Assembly: GCA_947623285.1 (NCBI GenBank)
Contig: CANQGP010000004.1
Span: forward strand, 74,965-138,964
Source: an uncultured Clostridia bacterium
GTDB taxonomy: Bacteria; Bacillota; Clostridia; TANB77; CAG-508
DNA: 64,000 nucleotides
Direction: 5' to 3'
Below, piece after piece: positions 30,228-38,662 of the stretch. Each line of letters begins with the position of its first letter. Within the stretch, counting starts at the first letter, position 1. The position numbers were made by a program, and so were the translations under genes. Under the pieces are notes generated by a model that searched no databases, had not been told where the DNA came from, and saw only the letters and a list, made by a program, of their open reading frames with translations.

Positions 30228-30460
30228 CAAAATAGAGCCATTCATCCTATTCTTATTAGGACGAAATGGCTCTGTTATTTCCGCGGTACCACCTAATTTA
30301 GTAAATACTAAATAATATTTACTCACTTAATTTATCTTTAACGCAGATTTTACGTCTAACTTACTTTTTTCAGATTAGAAACAATAAAGTGATAATATAT
30401 AACTTTTCCTTACCAAACTCACACCTAACATTGGCTCTCTTTAAGTAATTACATTATATA
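30228..30460 (-). promoter_or_regulatory. T-box leader (probable Ile specifier ATC) with terminator/antiterminator
   Basis: On the minus strand: an AGAGAG GA-motif near 30435-30440; ATC followed by A at 30391-30393 in a plausible specifier-loop position; the conserved T-box AAATTAGGTGGTACCGCGG at 30281-30299; and a terminator stem (30234-30273) followed by ATTTTG. Confidence 0.85.
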
Positions 30461-30499
30461 CCGTGTCTTTATTTTTGTTTATTTTTATTCACATGTAAT

Positions 30500-30527
30500 A
30501 TTATAGCACGTTTTTCAGATTTTGCAA
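30500..30527 (-). promoter_or_regulatory. Sigma-A-type promoter of the T-box/ileS operon
   Basis: On the minus strand: TTGCAA, a 16-nt spacer, then TGcTATAAT (extended -10). Confidence 0.6.
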
Positions 30528-30543
30528 GAGGTATTTTATAATA

Positions 30544-31254
30544 TTATTTACAAAATCTGTGTTTTCCAATTGTCACAGTCATTGGTCTTGACCAAATCCA
30601 TTTACTTGTTGCTGTTGATGGATTAAAATAATAAATTGCTCCATAACTTGGATCCCAACCATTTATTGCATCTTGTGCAGCTTTTTTTGCAGTAGAATCT
30701 GGAGATAAATTTATTTGTCCATCTGAAACAGCATCAAATGCACCGCTTTGGTATATTACTCCTGATAATGAATTAGGGAATGAACTATTTTTTACTCTAT
30801 TTAAACATACAGCACCAACTGCAACTTGACCTGTATATGGTTCACCCCTTGATTCTGCATATATTAATCTACTTAATAAATTTACATCTGTTGTATTATT
30901 AGAATTTGATGAACTTCCAGAAGAAGTATATATTCCTAATGCCTTTAAAGTATTAGTCCCTGCTATTCCATCTACTGTTAATCCATTTTTTCTTTGAAAA
31001 TATTTTACTGCTTCCACTGTTTTACTTCCATATATTCCATCTACATTTCCAGTATAATATCCCCATCTTTTTAATTTATTTTGTATAGTTCTTACTTCAT
31101 CTCCTCTTGATCCATACCTTGATAATGTTTCTACTGCAATTTCTTCTGTATCATTTTTCTCTATCTTTTTAGTTATATATGAAGTCAATCCCCATGCTAA
31201 TATTGATAAAATTATAATTACAATTATTAAATTTCTTTTCTTATTTTTTTGCAT
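30544..31254 (-). CDS. sleB: Spore cortex-lytic enzyme SleB
   Basis: Signal/TM segment, a PG_binding_1 repeat (GDEVRTIQNKLKRWGYYTGNVDGIYG...), and a Hydrolase_2 core (YAESRGEPYTGQVAVGAVCLNRV). Confidence 0.85.
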   Translation of the reverse strand: MQKNKKRNLIIVIIILSILAWGLTSYITKKIEKNDTEEIAVETLSRYGSRGDEVRTIQNKLKRWGYYTGNVDGIYGSKTVEAVKYFQRKNGLTVDGIAGTNTLKALGIYTSSGSSSNSNNTTDVNLLSRLIYAESRGEPYTGQVAVGAVCLNRVKNSSFPNSLSGVIYQSGAFDAVSDGQINLSPDSTAKKAAQDAINGWDPSYGAIYYFNPSTATSKWIWSRPMTVTIGKHRFCK

Positions 31255-31363
31255 AAAAACTCTTTCCTTTCAGATAACAAAAATAACCATTCACAGATAA
31301 AATTCTTAGTTAATGTTATTTTATCCATAAATGGTTTTTTTATACTTTTTATAGTTTTAGTCG

Positions 31364-31392
31364 TTGACATAATTTTTGTTGTATGTTATACT
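31364..31392 (+). promoter_or_regulatory. Sigma-A-type promoter
   Basis: TTGACA, a 17-nt spacer, then TATACT. Confidence 0.55.
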
Positions 31393-31424
31393 CTTTTTAA
31401 CAAACTGGTCAAGTACCAAAATAT

Positions 31425-31643
31425 ATGAGAGGAACTACAGTGATTTTATTAATTATACCCCTATTTTGTATTACTTTATCACTACTACTAATAGCTATAG
31501 CTTTCATCATGGATTTTATTGGGTATGAAAGTTTGTCTGATAAAATAATCCAAATTGGAATGTTCCTATACATGATAGCAGCAATAGTTCTTTCTATTAC
31601 TATTATTATTGCGTTAATTGCTGCTATGGTAAAAATACTCTGA
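31425..31643 (+). CDS. Small hydrophobic membrane protein
   Basis: Two TM helices. The better start is probably the GTG at 31440, 7 nt after GAGG. A promoter lies upstream and a strong terminator downstream. Confidence 0.45.
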   Translation: MRGTTVILLIIPLFCITLSLLLIAIAFIMDFIGYESLSDKIIQIGMFLYMIAAIVLSITIIIALIAAMVKIL

Positions 31644-31644
31644 A

Positions 31645-31672
31645 TCGACCCTCTGCTGAGGGTCGACTTTTT
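31645..31672. terminator. Terminator shared by the convergent small ORF and holA
   Basis: A 9-bp GC-rich stem (tcgaccctc / gagggtcga) with loop tgct, followed by T6 on the plus strand. Confidence 0.75.
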
Positions 31673-32718
31673 TAGCTATATTCACATAATATTGATTCTA
31701 ATCCTATTTCTACATCTATTAAACCTATTTTATATTGATAATCTAAATCTCTCAATTTTTGTAAAATTTGCCACAATTGGTTTTCTGTAAAATTTGCAGA
31801 TTGACGTACATATTTGTTTACCAAAAACATTTGATTTGGTTTTAATTTAAGTGCTTGTGCTATATTTCTATTTGTTCTTTGTGCTAACTTTGTAAAATAT
31901 AATTTTTTAAAATGATTATATATAGTTATTAATATTTTTTGTATTGGTTCTTTTGCAAATAATAAATTTTGTAATATTTGAACACTGCTTTCATTTTTTC
32001 TAGTTATATTTGATGAGTTTCTATTTGTTCCTAAGCTATCTGTCAAATCAAATATTATACTTTCCATCTTTTTTGTACATAATAAATCTATTTCTTTTTT
32101 TGTTATGGTTCCATTTTTTCCTGTATATTCTATTAATTTTCGTATTTCATTTATTAGTTCTTGCATATTAGTTCCACAACTTTCAATAAAATACATTATA
32201 GTACCATCATCTATTGTTACTTCATATGCTTTGCAGATTGCTTTTAATCTTTTTGCAATTTGTTGTGGTTTTAGAAACTCAAATTTGCATACTAACCCAT
32301 TCTTATCCATTGTTTTAAACAATGCTAACCTTGTATCTACTTCTTTCTCTACAAATACTAGTACCACACTTTGATTTACTATACTTATATTTTCCTTAAT
32401 ATATGTGTTTATTTTTTCCTTTATTTTAGTCATTTCTGTGTTTTTTCGTTTTCCTTCTGCTTTAAATAAACATGTATTTCTTGCTATTATTAATTTTTTT
32501 TCATATCCAAAAGCTGGAGTCTCTATATTTGATATTAGTGAATCTATATTAGTTTCATCCAATGTAATATAATTTATTCCTTTTAATGTTTCTCCAAAAA
32601 GCTTTTTTATTTTTTTCAAAGAAGTTTCTAATAAAAATGTTTCCTCACCATACAACAAATACATACTATTTAATTTTTCGGCTTTCAACTCTTTTTCTAA
32701 TTCCTCAACCTTTATCAT
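31672..32718 (-). CDS. holA: DNA polymerase III delta subunit
   Basis: HolA-like N-terminus (LYGEETFLLE) and typical length, with the overall delta-subunit pattern. Confidence 0.8.
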   Translation of the reverse strand: MIKVEELEKELKAEKLNSMYLLYGEETFLLETSLKKIKKLFGETLKGINYITLDETNIDSLISNIETPAFGYEKKLIIARNTCLFKAEGKRKNTEMTKIKEKINTYIKENISIVNQSVVLVFVEKEVDTRLALFKTMDKNGLVCKFEFLKPQQIAKRLKAICKAYEVTIDDGTIMYFIESCGTNMQELINEIRKLIEYTGKNGTITKKEIDLLCTKKMESIIFDLTDSLGTNRNSSNITRKNESSVQILQNLLFAKEPIQKILITIYNHFKKLYFTKLAQRTNRNIAQALKLKPNQMFLVNKYVRQSANFTENQLWQILQKLRDLDYQYKIGLIDVEIGLESILCEYS

Positions 32719-32746
32719 TTCATACTTCCTTTTATATTTTACTTAG

Positions 32747-32837
32747 GAATTATGATATATTAATATCGATAAAGCCAAGACCCTGATTGTGTCACCCCAG
32801 CTATGGTTTGGCTAGAGATATTAATATATCATAATTC
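32747..32837. repeat. Structured palindromic element, copy 1 (21-bp perfect arms plus a 49-nt conserved core)
   Basis: Arms are gaattatgatatattaatatc (32747-32767) and gatattaatatatcataattc (32817-32837). The core at 32768-32816 matches 61286-61334 at 46 of 49 positions. Confidence 0.85.
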
Positions 32838-32869
32838 TATAGTCTTTTTATTAATTATAAGTTAATAAA

Positions 32870-33382
32870 TTATAATTTTTGTGCAAACTTAGCTGAATGT
32901 GCATGGCAAATTGCCATTGCCATACTATCTGTAATATCATCAAGTTTTGGCAATTTCTCTACATTCAAAATCATTTTTACCATTCTTTGTACTTGCATTT
33001 TATCTGCTCTACCATAACCTGCAACAGCTTGTTTTATTTGAAGTGGTGTATATTCATATGTTGGTATATTATTCATTCTTCCAACTACTAATATTACTCC
33101 TCTTGCATGTGCAACATGTATTGCTGTTTTTGCATTGTTGTTAAAAAATAATTCTTCTACTGATATTGCATCTGGTTTATATGTTTTTATTATTTCATCT
33201 AAATCTCTATATATTTTTTCTAACCTTAATGGAAAAGAAACTCCAGCATCTGTTAAAACAGCTCCTGAAGTTATTAAGTTAAATTTATTTCCTATATAAT
33301 CTATTATGCTATAACCAACTATTGCATATCCTGGGTCAATTCCTAGTATTCTCATTTTTTTATTTGCTCCTTCTAAATTCAC
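32870..33382 (-). CDS. ruvC: Holliday junction resolvase RuvC
   Basis: MRILGIDPG motif; the likely true start is the ATG at 33355. Catalytic region DDITDSMAMAICHAH. Confidence 0.9.
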   Translation of the reverse strand: MNLEGANKKMRILGIDPGYAIVGYSIIDYIGNKFNLITSGAVLTDAGVSFPLRLEKIYRDLDEIIKTYKPDAISVEELFFNNNAKTAIHVAHARGVILVVGRMNNIPTYEYTPLQIKQAVAGYGRADKMQVQRMVKMILNVEKLPKLDDITDSMAMAICHAHSAKFAQKL

Positions 33383-33388
33383 AAAGGT

Positions 33389-35428
33389 TTACCTACCTAG
33401 CATAATTCTAAATACTTCTGCTACACTCCATGCTTGTGCAATTGCACCTTTAGGTAATTGTGGTCTTTTTGAATCATATATTTCTGCTATACTTCCTATA
33501 CAACCTCTTTCTTGTATTTCTTTTGCAAATGTCTTTCTGGTTTTTTCTACAAATTTTTCTATTTTTTCTTCTATTTCTGCTTTAGCTTTTTTAGTTTTTA
33601 TTGCATCTCTAGTGTTTTTTAAAGCATTATAATATAATCCTAGTAGCCATGTCCATGTTATTCCTTGATGATAACTTGTATCTCTTTGATATTCTCCTCC
33701 TTCATATATATCCACATAGTTCTCTTCTCTGTTTGCTAATGTTTTTAATCCATAATTATTTAGTAATTTCTTTTCTACTGTATTTATTATATTATTTGCT
33801 ATTTCAGTATTTGGTTCTATTACTGGATATGTTAAACTTAAAGCAAATAATTGATTTGGACGTATTTTTTCATCTCCAATTACATCACACAATGATTTTT
33901 TTCTTTTTATATAAAATTTTTCATTAAATGAATGTTTACATTCTCTTGCTAATTTTCTATATTCTCTTTCTTTTTCCTTTTTGCCATATTTTTTTGTAAA
34001 GTCAGCCATTATTTTTAATGCATTATACCACATAGCATTTATTTCTACAGCCTTTCCATTTCGTGGTGTTACTGCTAATCCACCAACCTTAGCATCCATC
34101 CATGTATTTTGTGTATCTGGTCTTCCTGATACTATTAATTTATCACTATCTAAATATATATTGTTATTATCTATATCTATCCCTTTTGTATAATTTTCAA
34201 TTATCTCTTCTAACTTTTCGTAAAGAACTTCTCGTATAAATTGTTCATCACCTGTATAATCTAAGTATTTCTTTGCTTGTTCAAATAATAATAATGATGC
34301 ATCCACACTATTATATAATGGTCTATTATCAAATCCGGAATATCCATTTGGTATTAATCCATCTTTGATATCTCTAATCATTGTTTGAAGTACTTCTTTT
34401 GCTTCTTTAAATCTTTTTGGAATTAATAATAATCCTTCAAAAGCAATTAAACTATCTCTTCCCCAATCTAAGAACCATGGATATCCTGCTATTATTGTAT
34501 GGTAACCAAATGATGGTCTATATACTATAAAATTATCTGTTGCCACTAAAAAATTTTTTATCTCTTCATCTTTTTGTTTTTCTGCTTTTGTCTTTTTTAC
34601 TTTTCTATTATCTATTAATAATGAATCATTAAATAATATATTCAATCTTATTATTTCATTATCAATCATTTTCTTTACATTAAGCTTATCTACATTGTCC
34701 TCTAGTGAGAATGTAAATGATATTTCTTTTTTCTTTCCACTATCTATATTTATTTCATATACTCCTGGAACCGCATGGTTTTCTTCTGGATCAAATCCTC
34801 TTTGTTCTTCTTCAGGATAAAACATATTTCTAAAGACATCATTTTCATGTATTTTATATGTTCCTTCAGACACTTTCATATACATTGGGTGAAATGCTTT
34901 TTCATTTATTATTAATTTTACTTTTGTTCCTTCTACATTTTGCTTAATATTAAAATATTCATCTTTATTTACACAATGGAAATCTCTATAATTTACTACT
35001 GGTGCTAGTGATAAAGTTACAGGTATTTCTTCTTTATTTTCTATTTTGTAATAAATTCCTACTGTATTTTTTCCATATTCCATACATATAATTTTATTTA
35101 TTGATACTTTTCCAACTTGATATTTAAATACTGGAACAAAACTTTTTTCAAAACTTGTTTGGTTTTTATATCCGTGAGAGATATAATTTTTACAAACATT
35201 AGTAAATAATTCGTGTTTTTTATTTCCTATTGTTATACTTTCATCTACTTTTGAAAGCATTAAAAATCTTCTTGCAGGTGGTGTAAGTGGTGCTATTAAT
35301 AATCCATGATATTTTCTAGTATTTGCTCCTAATATCGTAGATGATGCATATCCTCCTATTCCATTTGTTATAATCCATTCTTTGTTTAATCCATTTTCTA
35401 AACTAATTTGTTCTTTTGTAAATTTCAT
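33389..35428 (-). CDS. Glycogen debranching enzyme (amylo-alpha-1,6-glucosidase, GDE_C family)
   Basis: Motifs GYPWFLDWGRDSLI and TWMDA, plus (alpha/alpha)6-type C-terminal motifs. 679 aa. Confidence 0.8.
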   Translation of the reverse strand: MKFTKEQISLENGLNKEWIITNGIGGYASSTILGANTRKYHGLLIAPLTPPARRFLMLSKVDESITIGNKKHELFTNVCKNYISHGYKNQTSFEKSFVPVFKYQVGKVSINKIICMEYGKNTVGIYYKIENKEEIPVTLSLAPVVNYRDFHCVNKDEYFNIKQNVEGTKVKLIINEKAFHPMYMKVSEGTYKIHENDVFRNMFYPEEEQRGFDPEENHAVPGVYEINIDSGKKKEISFTFSLEDNVDKLNVKKMIDNEIIRLNILFNDSLLIDNRKVKKTKAEKQKDEEIKNFLVATDNFIVYRPSFGYHTIIAGYPWFLDWGRDSLIAFEGLLLIPKRFKEAKEVLQTMIRDIKDGLIPNGYSGFDNRPLYNSVDASLLLFEQAKKYLDYTGDEQFIREVLYEKLEEIIENYTKGIDIDNNNIYLDSDKLIVSGRPDTQNTWMDAKVGGLAVTPRNGKAVEINAMWYNALKIMADFTKKYGKKEKEREYRKLARECKHSFNEKFYIKRKKSLCDVIGDEKIRPNQLFALSLTYPVIEPNTEIANNIINTVEKKLLNNYGLKTLANREENYVDIYEGGEYQRDTSYHQGITWTWLLGLYYNALKNTRDAIKTKKAKAEIEEKIEKFVEKTRKTFAKEIQERGCIGSIAEIYDSKRPQLPKGAIAQAWSVAEVFRIMLGR

Positions 35429-37143
35429 TTTTTCACCCTTTTTCCTTCTTTTTTCGTTGTATGTTTTCCTTTTGTAGTTTTTGCTCTTCTTGCAGTTGTT
35501 TTTGTTTTTGGTGTTTTCTCTTTTGTTGCTTTTGTTCTAGTAGATGCTGTCTTCTGCTTTGCTCTTGTTTTCTTTTCCTTTTGAACATTCTTTTTCATTT
35601 CTTCTTCAACTTTTTGAGCTTTTTCAGCAAGGTCTTTTAATATTCGCTTTTGAACATCTGGATCAAATTTTGCGTCGGCTTTCTTTATTGCAACTATTCT
35701 ATCTCTATACTTATTGCTGAATTTACTCTTACCTTTTGTAATTTCATTATTACTTTTTTTGCCATATTTTTTAAGCCTTTTATTTGTCTCTTTTTTTGTT
35801 TTGTTGATTCGTTTTTCTTCTCTTAATTTATTATTTAACATTAAATATTGTGGATCATTTTGTTTATCTTGATATTTTAAATCATCACATATTAATTCTA
35901 TTATTGAAGATGCAACTAAGTCTGGATCATGTCTTATATATTCATCTTTAATTGTTGCTAAATCTTTTTGTATAAATTTTACTCCTTTTGAATTTGAAAG
36001 ATCTGGATGTACTAAATCTTGTCCCTCCATATTATATTTCTTTATGAATTCTGGAATAATTTCTCCAGTATCATAAATGCAATAATCTATAATATTTTGT
36101 CTACAGTGTTCCCTCATTGTTCTTAAATGATCTGATACTGTGAAATCATCAGTTTGTCCTATTTCAGTCATTATATTGCTTATATATACTTTTATTGCCT
36201 GTGATTCTGCAATTGCCTTTGTAATTCCATTTACTAATAAACATGGAATTACATTTGTATATAAACTACCTGGACCTATTACTATACAATCTGCATTTTT
36301 TATTGCTTCGATTGCTCCTGGTGTTGCTTTACAATTTGAAGGAGATAATCTTACTCTATTTATTTTTGTAAACTTATCTACTACAACTTCTGGTATTTTA
36401 GCTTTTTCCTCAACTGCATAACCATTAGCTAACTCTGCTACTATTTTCATTTCATCTAATGTTACTGGTAAAACTTTTCCGCTTATATTAAATATGTTAC
36501 TACCTCTTATTATAGAATCTGCAAAATCTCCTTTACTTGTTTCATTCATTGCTGAAAAATAAATATCTGAAAAATCTAATCCTTTTAATTTTCCTTCTTC
36601 AAATTTATAATCAAGCAATTTTCTCATTTCTTCTGAATTTTCAGCAAGCGAAATTATACTTTCTTTTATATCTCCTAATGGTAATGTTTTCAATTTTTTT
36701 CTAGATTCTGTTTTTGCTTCCCCATAGTCTGATATTGCAACAATTGCTGTTATATTATTTGTGTATTTTTTTAACCCTTCTAAAACTGTATTAAGACCCG
36801 TTCCTCCTCCTATTGCAACTATTTTTGGTCCTTGGTCATATACTGTTTTATTAAATATTAATGAATTTACATTGACATTTTTTCCATTATTTTTCATCCT
36901 AGCATCTGTTGATTCAATTACTAATTCCATTGCTCTCTTGTTTAAAAAAATTAAACCTAACACAATTGCTATAAAACCAACAGCAAAAATTGCTATTACT
37001 TTACCTGCTTTTGCAAATGACATTTCATCTATTACTAATATTTCTGCTATACCATAGCAAGAAAACATTATTCCAACTAATACTACTAACATCCATCTTT
37101 TCATTTTTGAGCTTGATTTAAACCACTGTATAAGTCCTTTCAT
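35425..37143 (-). CDS. yvcK: YvcK/CofD-like gluconeogenesis-cell-shape factor with N-terminal TM helices and a Lys-rich C-terminal tail
   Basis: IVAIGGGTGL and IVIGPGSLYTNVIP motifs. Two N-terminal TM helices and about 140 aa of basic tail. An ATGA overlap joins it to the downstream GDE gene. Confidence 0.8.
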   Translation of the reverse strand: MKGLIQWFKSSSKMKRWMLVVLVGIMFSCYGIAEILVIDEMSFAKAGKVIAIFAVGFIAIVLGLIFLNKRAMELVIESTDARMKNNGKNVNVNSLIFNKTVYDQGPKIVAIGGGTGLNTVLEGLKKYTNNITAIVAISDYGEAKTESRKKLKTLPLGDIKESIISLAENSEEMRKLLDYKFEEGKLKGLDFSDIYFSAMNETSKGDFADSIIRGSNIFNISGKVLPVTLDEMKIVAELANGYAVEEKAKIPEVVVDKFTKINRVRLSPSNCKATPGAIEAIKNADCIVIGPGSLYTNVIPCLLVNGITKAIAESQAIKVYISNIMTEIGQTDDFTVSDHLRTMREHCRQNIIDYCIYDTGEIIPEFIKKYNMEGQDLVHPDLSNSKGVKFIQKDLATIKDEYIRHDPDLVASSIIELICDDLKYQDKQNDPQYLMLNNKLREEKRINKTKKETNKRLKKYGKKSNNEITKGKSKFSNKYRDRIVAIKKADAKFDPDVQKRILKDLAEKAQKVEEEMKKNVQKEKKTRAKQKTASTRTKATKEKTPKTKTTARRAKTTKGKHTTKKEGKRVKK

Positions 37144-37163
37144 CTTCTATATCATCCTTTCGC

Positions 37164-38108
37164 TTACTTATTTTTTGATGTTCCTATAATTTTCATTTCT
37201 AATTCTATTTTTTTGCCAATTTTTTCATATACTTTTCTTTGCACATATTTTGCTAAATCAAGTACATCTTGTGCTGTTGCATTTCCTGTATTTACAATAA
37301 AGCCTGCATGTTTTGTTGATACTTGTGCACCACCTATTTTATATCCTTTTAATCCACATTCATCTATAAGTTTTGCTGTTATAAAATCTTTTCCTCTTTT
37401 AAAGGTACTACCTGCATTTGGAAACTCAATCGGTTGAGTTTTTTTTCTACTATCTGCATACTCTTGCATTTTATTTTTTATTTCTTCATTTTTATTATTT
37501 CTTTCTAGTTGTAGTGTAACTTCTAGTATCACATATTGTTTTTCTTGAAATATACTATGCCTATATTCAAACTCTGCTTGTTTATCTGTCATCTTTTTTA
37601 TTTGTTGTTTTTCATCTAAATATATTATTTCTTTTACAACATTTTTCATTTCTTTTCCATATGCGCCTGCATTCATATATATAGCTCCTCCGATTGTTCC
37701 TGGAATACTTGATAATTCTTCCATTCCAACCAAGCCATGTTCTGCTACTTTATATGAAACTTCAATGAGTTTATTACCTGCTCCTACTATCACTTGTACT
37801 TTTTTATCTTGTAAATTATTAGGTAAATTTATTTCTAATTTTTGAATGTCTATTTTTAAAGTTATTCCTTCTATTCCCTCATCTAAAACCAAAATATTGC
37901 TTCCATTTCCTATAATTGTTATAGGAATATTTTTTTCCTTTGCATACTTTAATACTTCTTCTACTGTATTTATATTACAAGCTTTTATCAAAGCTTCAGC
38001 TGTTCCTCCAATTTTAAATGATGTGTACTTTTTCATTGACTCATTAAATAAAATTGTAGAAGGACTTTTTACAATATTTTTTAATTCTTCTTTTTGGGTT
38101 TTAGTCAT
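37164..38108 (-). CDS. murB: UDP-N-acetylenolpyruvoylglucosamine reductase
   Basis: FAD-binding motifs FKIGG and GNGSNIL, and a C-terminal PNAGSTFKRG motif. Confidence 0.9.
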   Translation of the reverse strand: MTKTQKEELKNIVKSPSTILFNESMKKYTSFKIGGTAEALIKACNINTVEEVLKYAKEKNIPITIIGNGSNILVLDEGIEGITLKIDIQKLEINLPNNLQDKKVQVIVGAGNKLIEVSYKVAEHGLVGMEELSSIPGTIGGAIYMNAGAYGKEMKNVVKEIIYLDEKQQIKKMTDKQAEFEYRHSIFQEKQYVILEVTLQLERNNKNEEIKNKMQEYADSRKKTQPIEFPNAGSTFKRGKDFITAKLIDECGLKGYKIGGAQVSTKHAGFIVNTGNATAQDVLDLAKYVQRKVYEKIGKKIELEMKIIGTSKNK

Positions 38109-38560
38109 TAATCTTCCTCCACATTATCTACAGAGTAAATATACATTTTATCACCAAATGTTGCATATCTGTCCTTATCTATAACTTCTCCTGTATTATA
38201 ATTTACAATATACGTATTTTCTGTATTTGTAATTCCTAATTCTTCTAGATTTTTTTTATTTAGTTTTTTATATTCACCATCTATTCCTTTTAAAGTTTTT
38301 TCTTTTACTATTTCTTGAACTTCATTTTTTGATATTTGTTCACCTGGCAAATCTTCATAATTTGTTTTTGTCAAATCTGCCTCAGTTTTTCTTTGTAAAA
38401 TTGCATTTTGAACCATCTTTAATTCTGACTCTGCAACATTAAGTTTTGTATCATCTTTATTTCTGCTAAGTGCTCCAAAAGTTATTCCTGCTAATATTGC
38501 TAGTGCTGCTATAAAAGCTACTAATGTTATTAGTGTTATTCCTCTTTCATTACTTTTCAT
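38108..38560 (-). CDS. Prepilin-type pilin-like protein, translationally coupled to murB
   Basis: N-terminus MKSNERG|ITLITLVAFIAALAILAGI, with Thr at +5 instead of Glu. Its stop TAA overlaps the murB ATG (TAATG at 38106-38110). Confidence 0.7.
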   Translation of the reverse strand: MKSNERGITLITLVAFIAALAILAGITFGALSRNKDDTKLNVAESELKMVQNAILQRKTEADLTKTNYEDLPGEQISKNEVQEIVKEKTLKGIDGEYKKLNKKNLEELGITNTENTYIVNYNTGEVIDKDRYATFGDKMYIYSVDNVEED

Positions 38561-38662
38561 TTAAAAATCTTTCCTTTCTTTTTATAATGCAAAGTTTCAT
38601 ACTTACTATATCATTTTTTTTATTTAATTACAATATATATTACTAAAAGTTTAATAATAAAT

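Noticed and set aside
32768-32816. A possible hammerhead-like core (CTGAT...) or another known small ribozyme or riboswitch inside the conserved 49-nt core.
   Set aside because: The CUGAUGA-like stretch is CUGAUUG in copy 1 and CGGAUUG in copy 2, so the would-be catalytic bases are not conserved. No GAAA or other partner motif is present. I could not match preQ1, ZTP, guanidine, fluoride, c-di-GMP or tRNA-like consensus sequences by eye.
32737-32847. Target-site duplications that would prove the palindromic element is a MITE.
   Set aside because: The flanks of copy 1 (acttag | tatagt) and copy 2 (ttaatt | gtataa) show no direct duplication. Mobility therefore remains only a hypothesis.
35425-35428. 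An alternative genetic code (TGA=Trp, as in Mollicutes), considered because of the extreme AT content.
   Set aside because: TGA is used as a genuine stop, for example the yvcK stop in the ATGA overlap. All conserved proteins translate full-length with code 11.
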